Shown here one piece after another: positions 41,201-51,355 of a DNA stretch of 64,000 bases. Within the stretch, counting starts at the first letter, position 1; each line of letters opens with the position of its first letter. The position numbers were made by a program, and so were the translations under genes. Source of the DNA: Planctomycetota bacterium (lineage in GTDB: Bacteria; Planctomycetota; UBA1135; UBA2386); NCBI GenBank assembly GCA_965228735.1, contig OZ245838.1:5728001-5792000 (forward strand), in the 5' to 3' direction. The notes beneath the pieces are model-generated. The model searched no databases. It had not been told where the DNA came from and saw only the letters and a program-made list of their open reading frames with translations.

Positions 41201-44200
41201 TGGAGCCTCGATCTCGTGCGGCGGCCGGACCTCGACCTGCCGGCATTGGCGGTGCGTTATCGGCGGTGGGCGGACACGATGTTCCTGCTGCGTTGGTGGC
41301 ACCTGCGCGCGGCGAAACGGCAGCTGCTGCCGCTCGCCACGGCCGGGTTCGGGCGCCCGCTCGAAGTCCGTGCGGATCTCGAACGCGCGGTCTCGGTGCA
41401 GCAGGAGCACGCGCGCCTCGTCGAACGTTGGGATGTGACCGACGTGCTCGAGCCCCGTTTCCGTTCGCGCGCGGAAGCGGACTGGGAGTCGCTCGAGCCC
41501 GTTGCCGCGCAGGTCGACTGGGTCGACGACGTGCGGCGGCTCGTGCTGAAGCTCGAGACTGATGCGCTCCAGCCGGATGCCGCGGTGCTCGCAGCGCTCG
41601 CCGATCAGCTCGACGCCCTGCGCGGCGGTGCGGAGGTGCTGACGCGTCGACTCGGCGCGCTGCGCACGACGCGTGACGAGTTCGAGGCCGCGCTCGGTGC
41701 AGCGCAGTCGATGCTCGCGCTCGATCATGACGAGGCGTTCGGGCCGAGTGACGCCCCGGGCCACGTCGGCAACGTCGTCGCCCGCACGCGGCGCTGGCTC
41801 GCGGACGTGCCGCAGCTGCGCGAGCAGTGCGCCTATGCGCGGGCCGTCGCTGCCATGACCGAGTTCGGTGCCGCGCCGCTCGCGGCCGCACACAGCGTCG
41901 GCGAGTTGCCGGCCGAGGACCTCGAGCCCGCGTTCGAGCGCACGTTCCTCGAGGCGTGGCTGGATCGCATCCACGCGCAGCACCCCGACCTCGCGATGTT
42001 CCGCGGCAGCGACCACGAACGCACCGTTCGGGAGTTCCGCGAGCTCGACCGGCGGGCGATCGAGATGGCGGCCGAGGTCGTCGTGGCGCGACTGGCCTCG
42101 CGCCTGCCGCGGCTGCGCGACACCACGGTCAGCAGCAGCGAGCTCGGCATCCTCGAACGCGAGATCAAGAAGCAGCGCCGGCACAAACCGGTGCGGCGAC
42201 TGCTCGCCGAGATCCCGGGGCTGCTCGCGCGCGTCGCGCCGTGCGTGCTCATGAGCCCGCTGTCCGTCGCGCAGTTCCTCGGGCGCTCCGACATGCGGTT
42301 CGACCTCGTCGTCTTCGACGAGGCGTCGCAGATCCCGATGTGGGACGCCGTCGGCGCGATCGGCCGGGGCGACTCGCTCGTCGTCGTCGGTGACAGCCGG
42401 CAGCTGCCGCCGACCTCGTTCTTCCAGCGGCTCGACCAGGGCGACGACCTCGAGGACGACGAGCTGCCCGACGATCTCGAGAGCGTGCTCGACGAGTGCG
42501 GCGCCGCAGGGCTGCCGCGCATGTTCCTCGACTGGCACTACCGCAGCCGGCACGAGTCGCTGATCGCGTTCAGCAACCACCACTACTACGGCAACCGATT
42601 GCTGACCTTCCCCGCGCCCGAACCCGCGACGGCCGGGCTCGGCGTGCGGTTCGTGAAGGTCGACGGCATCTACGACCGCGGCGGTTCGCAGACCAACCGC
42701 GTCGAGGCCGAGCGGCTCGTCGCCGAGGTCCTCGAACGGCTGCGCGATCCGGCGCGCGCGCAGCGCACGATCGGCATCGTCACGTTCAGCCGCGCGCAGC
42801 AGGTGCTCATCGAGGACCTGCTCGACAGGGCGCGCGCCGACCATCCCGAGATCGAGCCGTTCTTCAGCGCCGCCGAAGAACCGTTGTTCGTCAAGAACCT
42901 CGAGAACGTGCAGGGCGACGAGCGCGACACGATCCTGTTCTCGATCTGCTACGGGCCCGACGCGGCCGGCAAGATCTACGAGAACTACGGGCCGCTCAAC
43001 CAGCAGGGCGGCGAACGCCGGCTCAATGTCGCGGTGACGCGCGCGCGGCGCGAACTCGTCGTCTTCTCGTCGCTGCGCGCCGATCAGGTCGCGACGCGGA
43101 CCGCGGCGATCGGGGCGCGTCACCTGCGCGCGTTCCTCGACTACGCCGAGCGTGGCGAGCCCGCGCTGGCCGCCGCGATCGCCGCCGATCCGAGCGGCGA
43201 CGTCGAGTCGCCATTCGAGGCCGCGGTGCGCGATGCGCTGGTCGCGAAAGGCTACGAGGTGCACCCGCAGGTCGGTTGCTCGGGCTATCGCATCGATCTC
43301 TCGGTCGTCGATCCCGAGGCGCCCGGCAGCTACCTGCTCGGCATCGAGTGCGACGGCGCGACCTACCACTCGGCCGCGACGGCGCGCGACCGCGACCGGA
43401 TCCGCGCCGCGGTGCTGCGCGGGCTCGGCTGGCGCCTGCACCGCGTGTGGTCGACGGACTTCTGGCAGGATCCCGCCGGCGAGCTGGAGCGGCTCGAGGA
43501 GGCGATCGCGCGCGCGCAGCAGGATCGGCAGCTGCGGCGCGCGGCGGTGCCCGCGGCGGCCGAGGGAGGCGACGAGGCGGCTCGCGTCGAAGCGGACGGC
43601 GACGATGCCGCGGCCGTTGGCGACGAGGCCGTGCCGGAGCCCGAGGTCGACGCAAAGCCCTGGACCGACGTGGACCGCGAAGCCGACGCGGAGCCTGAAG
43701 CCGGTGAGGTGATCGGCACGACAGACGTGGCGCCCGCCGCGCCGCCGCCGGTGGATCCGGAGGGCCCGCGGCCCTACGTCGTGGCCCGGCTCGAGCCCGT
43801 CGGCGGCGATCCCGACCTCTACGCCGCGACGAGCACGGAACGGGTCCGCGAACACGTCCGCGACGTGCTCAGGGCGGAGGCGCCGATTGCGTTCGATCGC
43901 CTCGCGCGCGCGGTCGCGCACGCCTGGGGCGTCACGCGATTGACGGGGAAGGTGCGGCGGCGCGTGCGCGACGTGCTGCCCGAGGACGCGTTCGAACGTG
44001 ACGGCATCGTGCACGAGTCCGCGGCGCTCGCCGACGCGTTCGTCGGGTTCCGCGTGCCGGAGTCCGAGGCCGATGAACGGCCGGCGGACGAACTGCCGCT
44101 CGTCGAGGTGACCAACGCGATGCGGTGGCTGCTGCAGCAGCACCTCGCGCTCCTGGCCGAGGACCTGGCCCGCGAGGCGGCCAAGAGCTTCGGCATCACG

Positions 44201-44305
44201 CGCCTCGGTTCCGTCGTGCGGGGGGTGATGGAGGACGGTCTCGAAGCGCTGGTTGCGGCCGGCGACGCGGAGCGCGACGGCGAGATGGTGCGGCTGCCGG
44301 ACTGA
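38240..44305 (+). CDS. DUF4011/DUF3320-type SF1 helicase with C-terminal Vsr-like nuclease (Hhe-like defence protein)
   Basis: [107 protein letters not shown] overlap with GH95. Confidence 0.9.
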   Translation: MTQPVIPSDERPAGLAIELVSEPRLCYAMQQSAVPWLRAVRLRNGGDEAVTDLVVTVDLVPAFARPLEWRVAEVPPGEAVELERPDPVLELDQLANLLERVRGELRATVRSAEDSTATQPELAAATAPIEVLAYNEWPGLTVLPALLAAFAQPNHPSLAPLLQLVAHELEKRTGRSALDGYQSGDPERVRHVLAAVHAALVEQQIQYVSAPPSFERIGQKVRPPEQVLGDRLGTCLDLALLFAGLLEHVGLHPVLVLQKAHAFVGVFSHADTTSDITFGPAVELRKFTDARGLFVSEATLVCASGPATFENAERAARAHLDDDEAFVVAIDVAAARRHGIAPLPPRVSAYRAGEPFVAPTLERGVGEAGAARRAAVPARDPEPESAPAVDRGPKDRLEHWKSRLLDLTMFNRLLNFRETRKTIRLCDHDLQALDHRMHTRGRLRIHPRPDLGQDDDPRDLQLSEQRTGVDVRAEFLAGELAGGRLRAEHEPDDLDARLVEIFRHARTTLEESGANTLYLAVGFLRWFETPESTKERRAPLLLLPLLIERTSVQEGFRLTLDDAEPRINRTLLQLLERDFQLEVRLDDVPETDDGVDVEAVLDAFRGVALGMPRWEVELTAQIGFFSFTKYLMWLDLSDRDGLLRSPVLQHLVENPGGALAQEVPETPRDELDDLDPATVYCPKDADSSQLAAVVAGAAGRTFVLEGPPGTGKSQTITNLISQALANEKRVLFVAEKRAALEVVQRRLDSVGLGAFCLELHSSKSGSKAVLEQLRRPLDLAVRREPRGWAALVEELGRERDRLNGYVRAIHLRREHGFSLYWAIGQLVGLRDAPRIAMPELLDGAPADIVSARRAVSELVSAASRLGVPIEEPWWGVRRTDWSHALLRDVVPVAERLQRAALAYETAVADVVDMFALDRVVGGGPDGAGPSRDQLELLRELAERFTAALLPTAAMLRAPDWPRLAAELREVCAIATRRQKLWAPLAERWSLDLVRRPDLDLPALAVRYRRWADTMFLLRWWHLRAAKRQLLPLATAGFGRPLEVRADLERAVSVQQEHARLVERWDVTDVLEPRFRSRAEADWESLEPVAAQVDWVDDVRRLVLKLETDALQPDAAVLAALADQLDALRGGAEVLTRRLGALRTTRDEFEAALGAAQSMLALDHDEAFGPSDAPGHVGNVVARTRRWLADVPQLREQCAYARAVAAMTEFGAAPLAAAHSVGELPAEDLEPAFERTFLEAWLDRIHAQHPDLAMFRGSDHERTVREFRELDRRAIEMAAEVVVARLASRLPRLRDTTVSSSELGILEREIKKQRRHKPVRRLLAEIPGLLARVAPCVLMSPLSVAQFLGRSDMRFDLVVFDEASQIPMWDAVGAIGRGDSLVVVGDSRQLPPTSFFQRLDQGDDLEDDELPDDLESVLDECGAAGLPRMFLDWHYRSRHESLIAFSNHHYYGNRLLTFPAPEPATAGLGVRFVKVDGIYDRGGSQTNRVEAERLVAEVLERLRDPARAQRTIGIVTFSRAQQVLIEDLLDRARADHPEIEPFFSAAEEPLFVKNLENVQGDERDTILFSICYGPDAAGKIYENYGPLNQQGGERRLNVAVTRARRELVVFSSLRADQVATRTAAIGARHLRAFLDYAERGEPALAAAIAADPSGDVESPFEAAVRDALVAKGYEVHPQVGCSGYRIDLSVVDPEAPGSYLLGIECDGATYHSAATARDRDRIRAAVLRGLGWRLHRVWSTDFWQDPAGELERLEEAIARAQQDRQLRRAAVPAAAEGGDEAARVEADGDDAAAVGDEAVPEPEVDAKPWTDVDREADAEPEAGEVIGTTDVAPAAPPPVDPEGPRPYVVARLEPVGGDPDLYAATSTERVREHVRDVLRAEAPIAFDRLARAVAHAWGVTRLTGKVRRRVRDVLPEDAFERDGIVHESAALADAFVGFRVPESEADERPADELPLVEVTNAMRWLLQQHLALLAEDLAREAAKSFGITRLGSVVRGVMEDGLEALVAAGDAERDGEMVRLPD

Positions 44306-44308
44306 CCA

Positions 44309-45694
44309 CTACTCGATGCGAAGGCCGCGCTCGATCGGAGCGCCGTCGTCACCGACGACGAGCCGTTCGACGCGGATCTTGCCGTCACGTTCGACTCGGA
44401 CGGAGTAGGACCCGGGAGCGAGATACCCGCGATAGCCGGCCACACCCGTCGGATACGGGCTTACGTGGACCGCGCTGCCGCCGGCGTCGAGCCATTCGAG
44501 GAACAGCCGCGCCTCCGTGAGGTTGCCCCATTGATCGATCGGCTGCAACCGAACCGCGGAGCGGACGGTGACGGGGATCCGAGCTTCGGTGACCCGTCCA
44601 CGGGGGACCTCGATCATCGAGGTCCCGCTCTCCTCGCCACGGAAGACGCACGGTGCGAAGCGAACGCGTGAACGGTCCGAAGAGTACTCGTCGGCCTTGC
44701 CGGTGATTCGATACGGGCCGGGATCCAGGCCGTCGTACACGAAGCGGTCAATCTCGTGACGGCGACGACGATCCCGGATGGCATCGCGATTGCGAGGTTC
44801 GGCATGTCGACCGGTGGCCGTATTGCGGATCAGGATCTCGTGCTCCGGGGTGATCGGGACGGCCCGCCCCGATGCGTCTAACAGCACGACGTCGAGCGCG
44901 CCGACGGGTCGCATCCGGAGCTCGATGGTGTGCGTGTCACCCCGCACCTCGAACTTGTCCGAGACTCTTGCCGAGTACCCGCGTCGGCTCGCCGAGACGT
45001 AGTGCAGGCCGTCCGCGACATCGTCGATCCGCACGTCGCCGCTGCGGCTGTCGAACTCGAGGAGCTGCTGCGCGGGCGGCGGTGGGCGCCACGAGACGAC
45101 GACACCCCGCACGGGCTGGAACGTCACCTCGTCGATCACCCGAACCACGATCGATCCGGTCGGCAGGTCGATGTCCAGGCGTTGGTCCTCGTCGCCGAGC
45201 TCGACTCCGCGCCGGGCGGCGTGCAGCAGGCCGCCGCTCGGCGGCCGGCGCCGGCGTGGACCGGAGCGCGTGAGCGCGACCGGCCGCCCCGCGCTCGGCG
45301 GCACGGTGACCGCGTAGCGACCCCGCCGTAGGCGGAACGAGAACGTGCCGTCGGCTGCGGTGACGGCGTCCCAAGACGATGGGCGTTCGCGATCCGCACA
45401 TTTGATCGGACGCCCAGGCACCGGGTGACCGTTGCGCGTCAGCCGGCCGTGGAGCAGCCGCATGGACGTGCCGGTCGACACGCTGTCGCGCACCGGTAGG
45501 TCGTCCGTCCCGTCTGCTGCGGTCGTGCCGGCGGCGGCGGTCGGTGTCGGGGGCGCCTCGGTCGACGGTGACGACGGGGTGGTGTCCCCCGCCACGCGAG
45601 CCGGTGTCGGAGGTTCCCCCAGCGCGGTGCTCAGCGACAGCGCCGCGACGGCGCCAATGGTCAAGAGCACGAACAGGAACCACGACCGCTGCAT
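44309..45694 (-). CDS. Secreted hypothetical protein with carboxypeptidase-regulatory-like repeats
   Basis: Hydrophobic N-terminus and Pro/Thr linker; TAADGTFSF..GRYAV, DGLHYVSA and GLDPGPYRI units; start overlaps the exonuclease stop. Confidence 0.65.
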   Translation of the reverse strand: MQRSWFLFVLLTIGAVAALSLSTALGEPPTPARVAGDTTPSSPSTEAPPTPTAAAGTTAADGTDDLPVRDSVSTGTSMRLLHGRLTRNGHPVPGRPIKCADRERPSSWDAVTAADGTFSFRLRRGRYAVTVPPSAGRPVALTRSGPRRRRPPSGGLLHAARRGVELGDEDQRLDIDLPTGSIVVRVIDEVTFQPVRGVVVSWRPPPPAQQLLEFDSRSGDVRIDDVADGLHYVSASRRGYSARVSDKFEVRGDTHTIELRMRPVGALDVVLLDASGRAVPITPEHEILIRNTATGRHAEPRNRDAIRDRRRRHEIDRFVYDGLDPGPYRITGKADEYSSDRSRVRFAPCVFRGEESGTSMIEVPRGRVTEARIPVTVRSAVRLQPIDQWGNLTEARLFLEWLDAGGSAVHVSPYPTGVAGYRGYLAPGSYSVRVERDGKIRVERLVVGDDGAPIERGLRIE

Positions 45695-46575
45695 CAGATC
45701 CTCGGCGTCGTCGCGAGCGCGCGTTCGAAGAAGTCCGTCATCTCGAGCTCGTCGCAGAGCTCGCGCAGCGCTTCGGCATCGACGCCGCGCCAGGCGAGGT
45801 CGTCGAGACCCTCGGCCAGCGGCACGTCGAGGCGCAGCGTCGCGAGTGTGCGGTAGAGCTCCGCGTCCTCGAACGCGCCGAACAGGTTGTCCGCGAGTCT
45901 CGCGGCGCCGCGGATGCCGGCCGGCCACTCCGCGATGTCGCGCGGGATCGCGTCGAGATGCGACACCGCCGCGAGCATCCGCGCCGTCGATTTCGCCCCC
46001 CAACCCGGAATGCCGGGGATGCCGTCGGCGTCGTCGCCGACGAGCGCGAGGTAGTCGGGGATCGACCGCGGCGCGACGCCGAACTTCGCGACGACGTCGG
46101 GCTCCGCGAGCGTCACCTTCTTCTTGCGGTCGCGCATGACGATCCGATCGCCGCGCACGCACTGCGCCATGTCCTTGTCGGGCGAGCAGATCACGACCTG
46201 GCTCACGCGTTCGTCCTCCCCGAACCGCGCGGCTGCGGCGGCGAGCGCGTCGTCCGTCTCGAACTCGATCATCGACCACGTGACGATGCCGAGCGCCTTG
46301 GTCGCGCGTTCGGCGAGCGGGAACTGCGCCCACAGCTCGGGCTCCAGCCCCTCGCCGGTCTTGTAGCCGTCGAACAGATCGTTGCGGAACGACTCGACCG
46401 TCGTGTCGTACGCGGCCGCGACGTGGGTGACATCGGGTTCGCGCAGGAGAGACAACAACGTCCGCAGCAGCCCGCGGACCGCGCCGACCTCGACCCCGGC
46501 CGCGGTCTGCGCCTCGGGCGCGCCGTAGCGGTTGCGGAAGAGCTCGTAGGTCCCGTCGACGAGATGAACGTGCAT
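45694..46575 (-). CDS. Stand-alone 5'-3' exonuclease / flap endonuclease
   Basis: HLVDGTYELFR, SFRN..YKTG, ETDDAL, DKDMAQ, LALVGDDADGIPGIPGWGAKS helix-3-turn-helix. Confidence 0.92.
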   Translation of the reverse strand: MHVHLVDGTYELFRNRYGAPEAQTAAGVEVGAVRGLLRTLLSLLREPDVTHVAAAYDTTVESFRNDLFDGYKTGEGLEPELWAQFPLAERATKALGIVTWSMIEFETDDALAAAAARFGEDERVSQVVICSPDKDMAQCVRGDRIVMRDRKKKVTLAEPDVVAKFGVAPRSIPDYLALVGDDADGIPGIPGWGAKSTARMLAAVSHLDAIPRDIAEWPAGIRGAARLADNLFGAFEDAELYRTLATLRLDVPLAEGLDDLAWRGVDAEALRELCDELEMTDFFERALATTPRI

Positions 46576-46665
46576 GAACGAGGCTGATGGCTTGGGTGTG
46601 GGCCGCGGAACTGGTTGGCGGGCCGGAAGATCCGAACCCTACCGGTGGCCCGGGTGGTCAGCAGG

Positions 46666-46720
46666 GCTTTGCAATGCAAAGCGAAAACGGTAGGCTGGCC
46701 GGGGCTTTGGATCGCAAAGC
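46666..46720. promoter_or_regulatory. Tandem palindromic operator-like sites GCTTTG-N5-CAAAGC
   Basis: GCTTTGCAATGCAAAGC (46666-46682) and GCTTTGGATCGCAAAGC (46704-46720). Confidence 0.7.
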
Positions 46721-46770
46721 TTCTGGCCTGGCAACCCGGAGCAGGCCCCCGAGACCCCGAGGACGACGGC

Positions 46771-47448
46771 ATGACCGAGAACGACCCGACCCCGACCGAG
46801 ACCCCGACCCCGGCGCCGATTCCCGTGCCCGAGCCACCTCCGGAACCAGCCGAACCGTTCGCCGTCGCGGACCTGCGCGCGGCGCTGATCCGACCCGGTC
46901 ATCTGCTCGACGTGGTCCTCGGCGAACGCGGTCGGCTCGTGTCGACCGTGCGCGTCGGCGGGACCCTCGCGGCACTCATCGGGGTCTTGATGCTGTGCAG
47001 CGTGGTCGGCGCCATGCCGTTCGGCACCGTCGATGGACTCGGGCGGGTGATGCATGCGGCCGTGCTGTTCCTCGGCTCGGTGCTGATCTGCTTCCCGGCG
47101 CTCGCGGTTTTCAGCTCGTACCTCGGAGTGAAGCTGCCGCTCGGGCAGAGCCTCGCGATCGCGCTCGTGATCCCGGCGGCGGCGGCGTTGTTCCTGCTCG
47201 GGTTCTTCCCGATCTACTGGTTCCTCGACGTCACGATGCCGCGGGACGGCGCGGTGACGGGAACGACGATCCGGATCGTGCTGCTCGTCGCGACCCTGCT
47301 GCTCGCCCTCGCGCACTGCCATCGGTGTCTGTTCCACGACCATACGCTGCGCCTGCTGCGGGCGAGTCGGGCGCTGTGGATCGGTTGGCAGGTCGTCCTC
47401 GTGTTCATGACGTGGCGGATGGCGCTGTCGCTCGGGTTGCTCGAATGA
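46771..47448 (+). CDS. Hypothetical multi-pass membrane protein
   Basis: GAGG RBS; Pro-rich N-tail; about five TM segments; ICFPAL and FFPIYWF. Confidence 0.75.
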   Translation: MTENDPTPTETPTPAPIPVPEPPPEPAEPFAVADLRAALIRPGHLLDVVLGERGRLVSTVRVGGTLAALIGVLMLCSVVGAMPFGTVDGLGRVMHAAVLFLGSVLICFPALAVFSSYLGVKLPLGQSLAIALVIPAAAALFLLGFFPIYWFLDVTMPRDGAVTGTTIRIVLLVATLLLALAHCHRCLFHDHTLRLLRASRALWIGWQVVLVFMTWRMALSLGLLE

Positions 47449-48071
47449 TCCGCTCGCTTGCGTTGCTCGTCCTGTCGGCCGCGGCCTACGGTTTCGCGAT
47501 CGGTTCGGCCAACAGCTGGCTCTACGCGACGCGCAACCTCGTGAAGTTCCCGCTGCTCATCCTCACGACGGCCGCCGTGTGCGCGTTGTCCTACGCGGTG
47601 CTCGCGCGGTTCCTCGGCACGCGGCTGCCGTTCACTGTCGTGCAGCGCATCGTGCTCGCGATCTTCCGCGACGTGGCCGTTCTGCTCGCGAGCCTCGTGC
47701 CGGCCGTGTTCTTCCTCGCGATGACGTTCGCGCGGCCGCGGGGGCGCGATCTCGGTGAGTATCCGCTCTTTCAGGGGCTCAACGTCGGCGCGATCGCAGG
47801 CTGCGGCATGCTCGCCGTGATCGTTCGCGCGCGCCAGCTGCGGCACGAACACGACCTCTCTGCCGCGCGCCGCGCACTCCTCGTCGGCAGCTGGATGTTC
47901 GTCTCGTTGCTCGTCGGCGGTCAGGTGTGTTGGTACATGCGGCCGTTCTTCGGCATCACGGGACCGGGGGCCGTGCCGCCGTTCTTCGCCGGGATGCGGC
48001 CCGACTTCCGCGGGGCGCGGAGCTTCTACGAGGCGGTCTACAATCTCGTCGTGCCGCCCGAGGGCTGGTAG
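47445..48071 (+). CDS. Hypothetical multi-pass membrane protein, possible paralogue of the upstream gene
   Basis: ATGA overlap; about five TM segments; QVCWYMRPFFG...SFYEAV tail. Confidence 0.75.
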   Translation: MIRSLALLVLSAAAYGFAIGSANSWLYATRNLVKFPLLILTTAAVCALSYAVLARFLGTRLPFTVVQRIVLAIFRDVAVLLASLVPAVFFLAMTFARPRGRDLGEYPLFQGLNVGAIAGCGMLAVIVRARQLRHEHDLSAARRALLVGSWMFVSLLVGGQVCWYMRPFFGITGPGAVPPFFAGMRPDFRGARSFYEAVYNLVVPPEGW

Positions 48072-48121
48072 TTCACGCTGATTGGCGTGGAACGCGCCGC
48101 GGGCGCCATACTCTGCGCGTC

Positions 48122-49819
48122 ATGCGTTCCTTCGCTGCAGTGCTCTCGTTCGCAGTCCTCGCGACGCCGGTCGTGGTGCCAGGTCAAGCCAGTGTCGAGC
48201 AGAGCGGCTCCGTTCAGGCCGCCCCGCAGATCGAACGTCAGCGCCCCAACGTCATCTGGCTGTCCGTCGAGGACATGAGCCCGTGGCTGCCGTGCTACGG
48301 CGACGAAACGGTGAAGACGCCCAACATCGACCGGTTCGCGCGCGAGGGGGTGCGCTTCCGGCACGCGTTCGCGACCTCGCCGGTCTGTGCGCCGGCGCGC
48401 TCGTCGCTGATCACGGGCTGCTACGCGACGCGCATCGGCACGATGCAGATGCGCAACAACTCGCCCAGCAAGGCGGCGATCGCGAAGGACCCCGAGGCCT
48501 ACAAGGACATCCCGGGCTACGAGGGCGTGCCGCCCGCGTTCGTCCGCTGCTTCCCCGAGATCCTGCGCGCGCACGGCTACTACTGCACCAACGCGAGCAA
48601 GAAGGACTACCAGTTCAAGGAACCCGGTACTGTCTGGGACGTGTCGAGCGGCAAGGCCCATTGGCGCAATCGGGCGCCGGGGCAACCGTTCTTCGCGGTG
48701 TTCAACCACACGGGAACGCACGAGAGTCGCGCGTTTCCGAACGTGAAGCGCGCGCCGAGCGTCGTCGATCCGAAGGCGGTGCCGCTGCCGCCGTTCTACC
48801 CCGATACCCCCGCGGTGCGCGACGCGGTGGCGCGCACCTACGACAACATCGCCCGGATGGACGAGTGGGTCGGGCGCCAGCTGGACGCGCTAGAGGAGGC
48901 TGGATTGCTCGACAACACGATCGTGATGTTCTTCAGCGATCACGGGGTCGGGCTGCCGCGCGGCAAGCGCTCCTCCTACGACACGGGCACGCGCGTGCCG
49001 TTGCTCGTGCGCTTCCCGGACGGGACCGGTGCCGGCACGACCGACGACCGGGTCGTGCAGTTCATCGATTTCGGCCCGACGGTGCTGTCGCTCTGCGGCA
49101 TCGATCCGGATCCGCGGCTCGACGGGCAGCCGTTCTGCGGCGCGTTCGACCGGCTCGATCGCGGCTTCGCGTTCAGCCACAGCGATCGGTTCGATTCGGT
49201 CTACGACCGGCAGCGCAGCGTGACCGACGGGCGCTTCCGCTACGTGCGCAACTACGTCACGGATCTGCCGTATCTGATTCCCAACGCGTACCGCGAGCGC
49301 CTGCTCCTGACCGCCGATCTCTACGCGCTGCGCGACGCGGACCCGGCGGACGTGACACCCGCGCAATGGCAGATGGCCGCGAAGGTGCGCCCGTTCGAGG
49401 AGCTCTACGACTCGGCGAACGATCCTTGGGAGGTGCAGAACCTCGCCGGGGAGCCGGCGCACCGCGACGAGCTCGTGCGGCTGCGGGCCGCGCTCGATGG
49501 CTGGATCGAGGCCACGGGCGACCTCGGCTTCGTGCTGCCGGAGTCGCGCCTCGTGCGCGAGAACATCTGGCCGCCCGACGGCGTGCAGCCGACGACGCCG
49601 GCCGCGGAGGCCGCGACCGACGGCGGCCGCGTCACGCTGCGCTGTTCGGACCCGGGCGCGTCGATCGGCTATCGCGAGACGGCCGTCGCGGGCAAGAACC
49701 GCGGGCCGTGGACGGTCTATACGGGGCCGTTCGAGGCCGCGGTCGGAACGAAGCTCGAGCTGCTCACGCACCGCATCGGTCACAAGCGCACGTTGGTGCG
49801 ATTCACCGTCGGTTCGTAA
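48122..49819 (+). CDS. Sulfatase (Cys-type, formylglycine-dependent)
   Basis: PNVIWLSVED, KTPNID, CAPARSSLITG, SDHG, ELYD..DPWE..NLA; signal peptide. Confidence 0.93.
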   Translation: MRSFAAVLSFAVLATPVVVPGQASVEQSGSVQAAPQIERQRPNVIWLSVEDMSPWLPCYGDETVKTPNIDRFAREGVRFRHAFATSPVCAPARSSLITGCYATRIGTMQMRNNSPSKAAIAKDPEAYKDIPGYEGVPPAFVRCFPEILRAHGYYCTNASKKDYQFKEPGTVWDVSSGKAHWRNRAPGQPFFAVFNHTGTHESRAFPNVKRAPSVVDPKAVPLPPFYPDTPAVRDAVARTYDNIARMDEWVGRQLDALEEAGLLDNTIVMFFSDHGVGLPRGKRSSYDTGTRVPLLVRFPDGTGAGTTDDRVVQFIDFGPTVLSLCGIDPDPRLDGQPFCGAFDRLDRGFAFSHSDRFDSVYDRQRSVTDGRFRYVRNYVTDLPYLIPNAYRERLLLTADLYALRDADPADVTPAQWQMAAKVRPFEELYDSANDPWEVQNLAGEPAHRDELVRLRAALDGWIEATGDLGFVLPESRLVRENIWPPDGVQPTTPAAEAATDGGRVTLRCSDPGASIGYRETAVAGKNRGPWTVYTGPFEAAVGTKLELLTHRIGHKRTLVRFTVGS

Positions 49820-49846
49820 CGGCGCCCGCGGCTATCTTGCCGCGCG

Positions 49847-51355
49847 ATGGCCTCGCTTCGTTCGCTCGGTGTTCTCGTCCTCGCTGCGCTCCTGCCGACC
49901 TGCGCCTCGGCGCCCGACCGTGGTCCCGCGCGGCCGCACATCGTCGTCATCGTGGCCGACGACCTCGGCTTCATGGACATCCGCGCGAACAACCCGTTCG
50001 CGCTCTACGAGACGCCCAACCTCGATCGGCTCGCCGCGAGCGGCGTGCGATTCACCGACGGCTACGCGTCGTGCCCGGTGTGTTCGCCGACGCGCTACAG
50101 TCTGATGACGGGGAAGTACCCGACGCGCGCGGCGGCTACGAATTACTTCTCCGGCCGCCGCGCCGCGACCTACCGGCCCGCGACGTTCCACGACGTGATG
50201 CCGCTCGCGGAGGTGACGGTCGCAGAAGTGCTGCGGGAGCACGGCTACGCGACGTTCTTCGCGGGCAAGTGGCACCTCGGCCCGACCGAGGAGTTCTGGC
50301 CCGAGGCGCAAGGCTTCGACCGAAACCGCGGCGGTCACCAGCGCGGCGGTCCATACGGCGGCAAGCGGTACTTCTCGCCCTACGGCAACCCGCGGCTCGA
50401 GGACGGTCCGGACGGGGAGCACCTGCCGGATCGGCTCGCGCGCGAGGCGTGTGCGTTCCTCGCCGAGCAGCACGCCGCGGGGCGGCCGGCGCTCACGTGG
50501 CTGTCGTTCTACTCCGTGCACACCCCGCTCATGGGGCGACCCGATCTCGTTGCGAAGTACGCGGCGCGCGTGAGCGAGCTGCGCGAGGACGGCGCCGACG
50601 AGTTCGCGCCGGAAGAACAGGTCCTGCCGAACGGCAAGCCGCGGCGCGTCCGCGTGCTGCAGCGGCACGCGGTGTATGCGGCGATGGTGGAGGCGATGGA
50701 CGAGGCCGTCGGCAAGGTCCTCGATCAGCTCGACTCGCTCGGCATCGCGGACGAGACGATCGTCGTGTTCACCTCGGACAACGGCGGGCTGTCGACGTCG
50801 GAGGGCATGCCGACGAGCAACCTGCCGCTGCGCGGCGGCAAGGGCTGGCTCTACGAAGGCGGCATCCGCGAACCGTGGCTCGTGCGCGCGCCCGGTGTGC
50901 TGCCGGGTTCGATCTGCGACGTGCCGATCAGCAGCATCGACCTGCTGCCGACGCTGCTGCAGTTCGCCGGGCTGCCCGTTGCAGAGCACGGCATCGACGG
51001 GCGCAGCTTCGTCGACGTCGTGCGGCCGGGTGGCGTGGTGGGCGCGCGGGCGCAGCTCGCGAATCGCCCGCTGTTCTGGCACTACCCGCACTACGGCAAC
51101 CAGGGCGGCTTCCCCGGCAGCGCGATCCGACTCGGGCGGCACAAGCTGATCCAGCGGCTCGAGGACGGTCGCGTGCACCTGTACGATCTCGCGGCCGACC
51201 CGGGTGAGCGCAACGACCTCGCCGAGCAGCATCCGGAGCGGGTGACCGCGATGCGCCAGCAGCTGTTCGAGTTCTACGTCGAGCAGGACGCGCGCTTCCT
51301 GCGGCCGCGCAAGGACAAGACGCCGTGGCAGCCCGACCTCGACGGCCTACGGTAG
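49847..51355 (+). CDS. Sulfatase (Cys-type)
   Basis: ADDLG, TPNLDRLA, CSPTRYSLMTGKYP, GKWHLG, SDNGG, LYEGGIREP, LYDLAADPGE. Confidence 0.95.
   Translation: MASLRSLGVLVLAALLPTCASAPDRGPARPHIVVIVADDLGFMDIRANNPFALYETPNLDRLAASGVRFTDGYASCPVCSPTRYSLMTGKYPTRAAATNYFSGRRAATYRPATFHDVMPLAEVTVAEVLREHGYATFFAGKWHLGPTEEFWPEAQGFDRNRGGHQRGGPYGGKRYFSPYGNPRLEDGPDGEHLPDRLAREACAFLAEQHAAGRPALTWLSFYSVHTPLMGRPDLVAKYAARVSELREDGADEFAPEEQVLPNGKPRRVRVLQRHAVYAAMVEAMDEAVGKVLDQLDSLGIADETIVVFTSDNGGLSTSEGMPTSNLPLRGGKGWLYEGGIREPWLVRAPGVLPGSICDVPISSIDLLPTLLQFAGLPVAEHGIDGRSFVDVVRPGGVVGARAQLANRPLFWHYPHYGNQGGFPGSAIRLGRHKLIQRLEDGRVHLYDLAADPGERNDLAEQHPERVTAMRQQLFEFYVEQDARFLRPRKDKTPWQPDLDGLR

Noticed and set aside
43540..43760. Acidic Ala/Glu/Asp/Pro-rich stretch in the helicase
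   Set aside because: Ordinary disordered linker with no discrete repeat unit.
37892..44143. 2083-aa antisense ORF opposite the helicase
   Set aside because: Shadow frame expected from strong GC codon bias; Arg/Ala-rich with no motifs, while the plus strand carries all helicase motifs.
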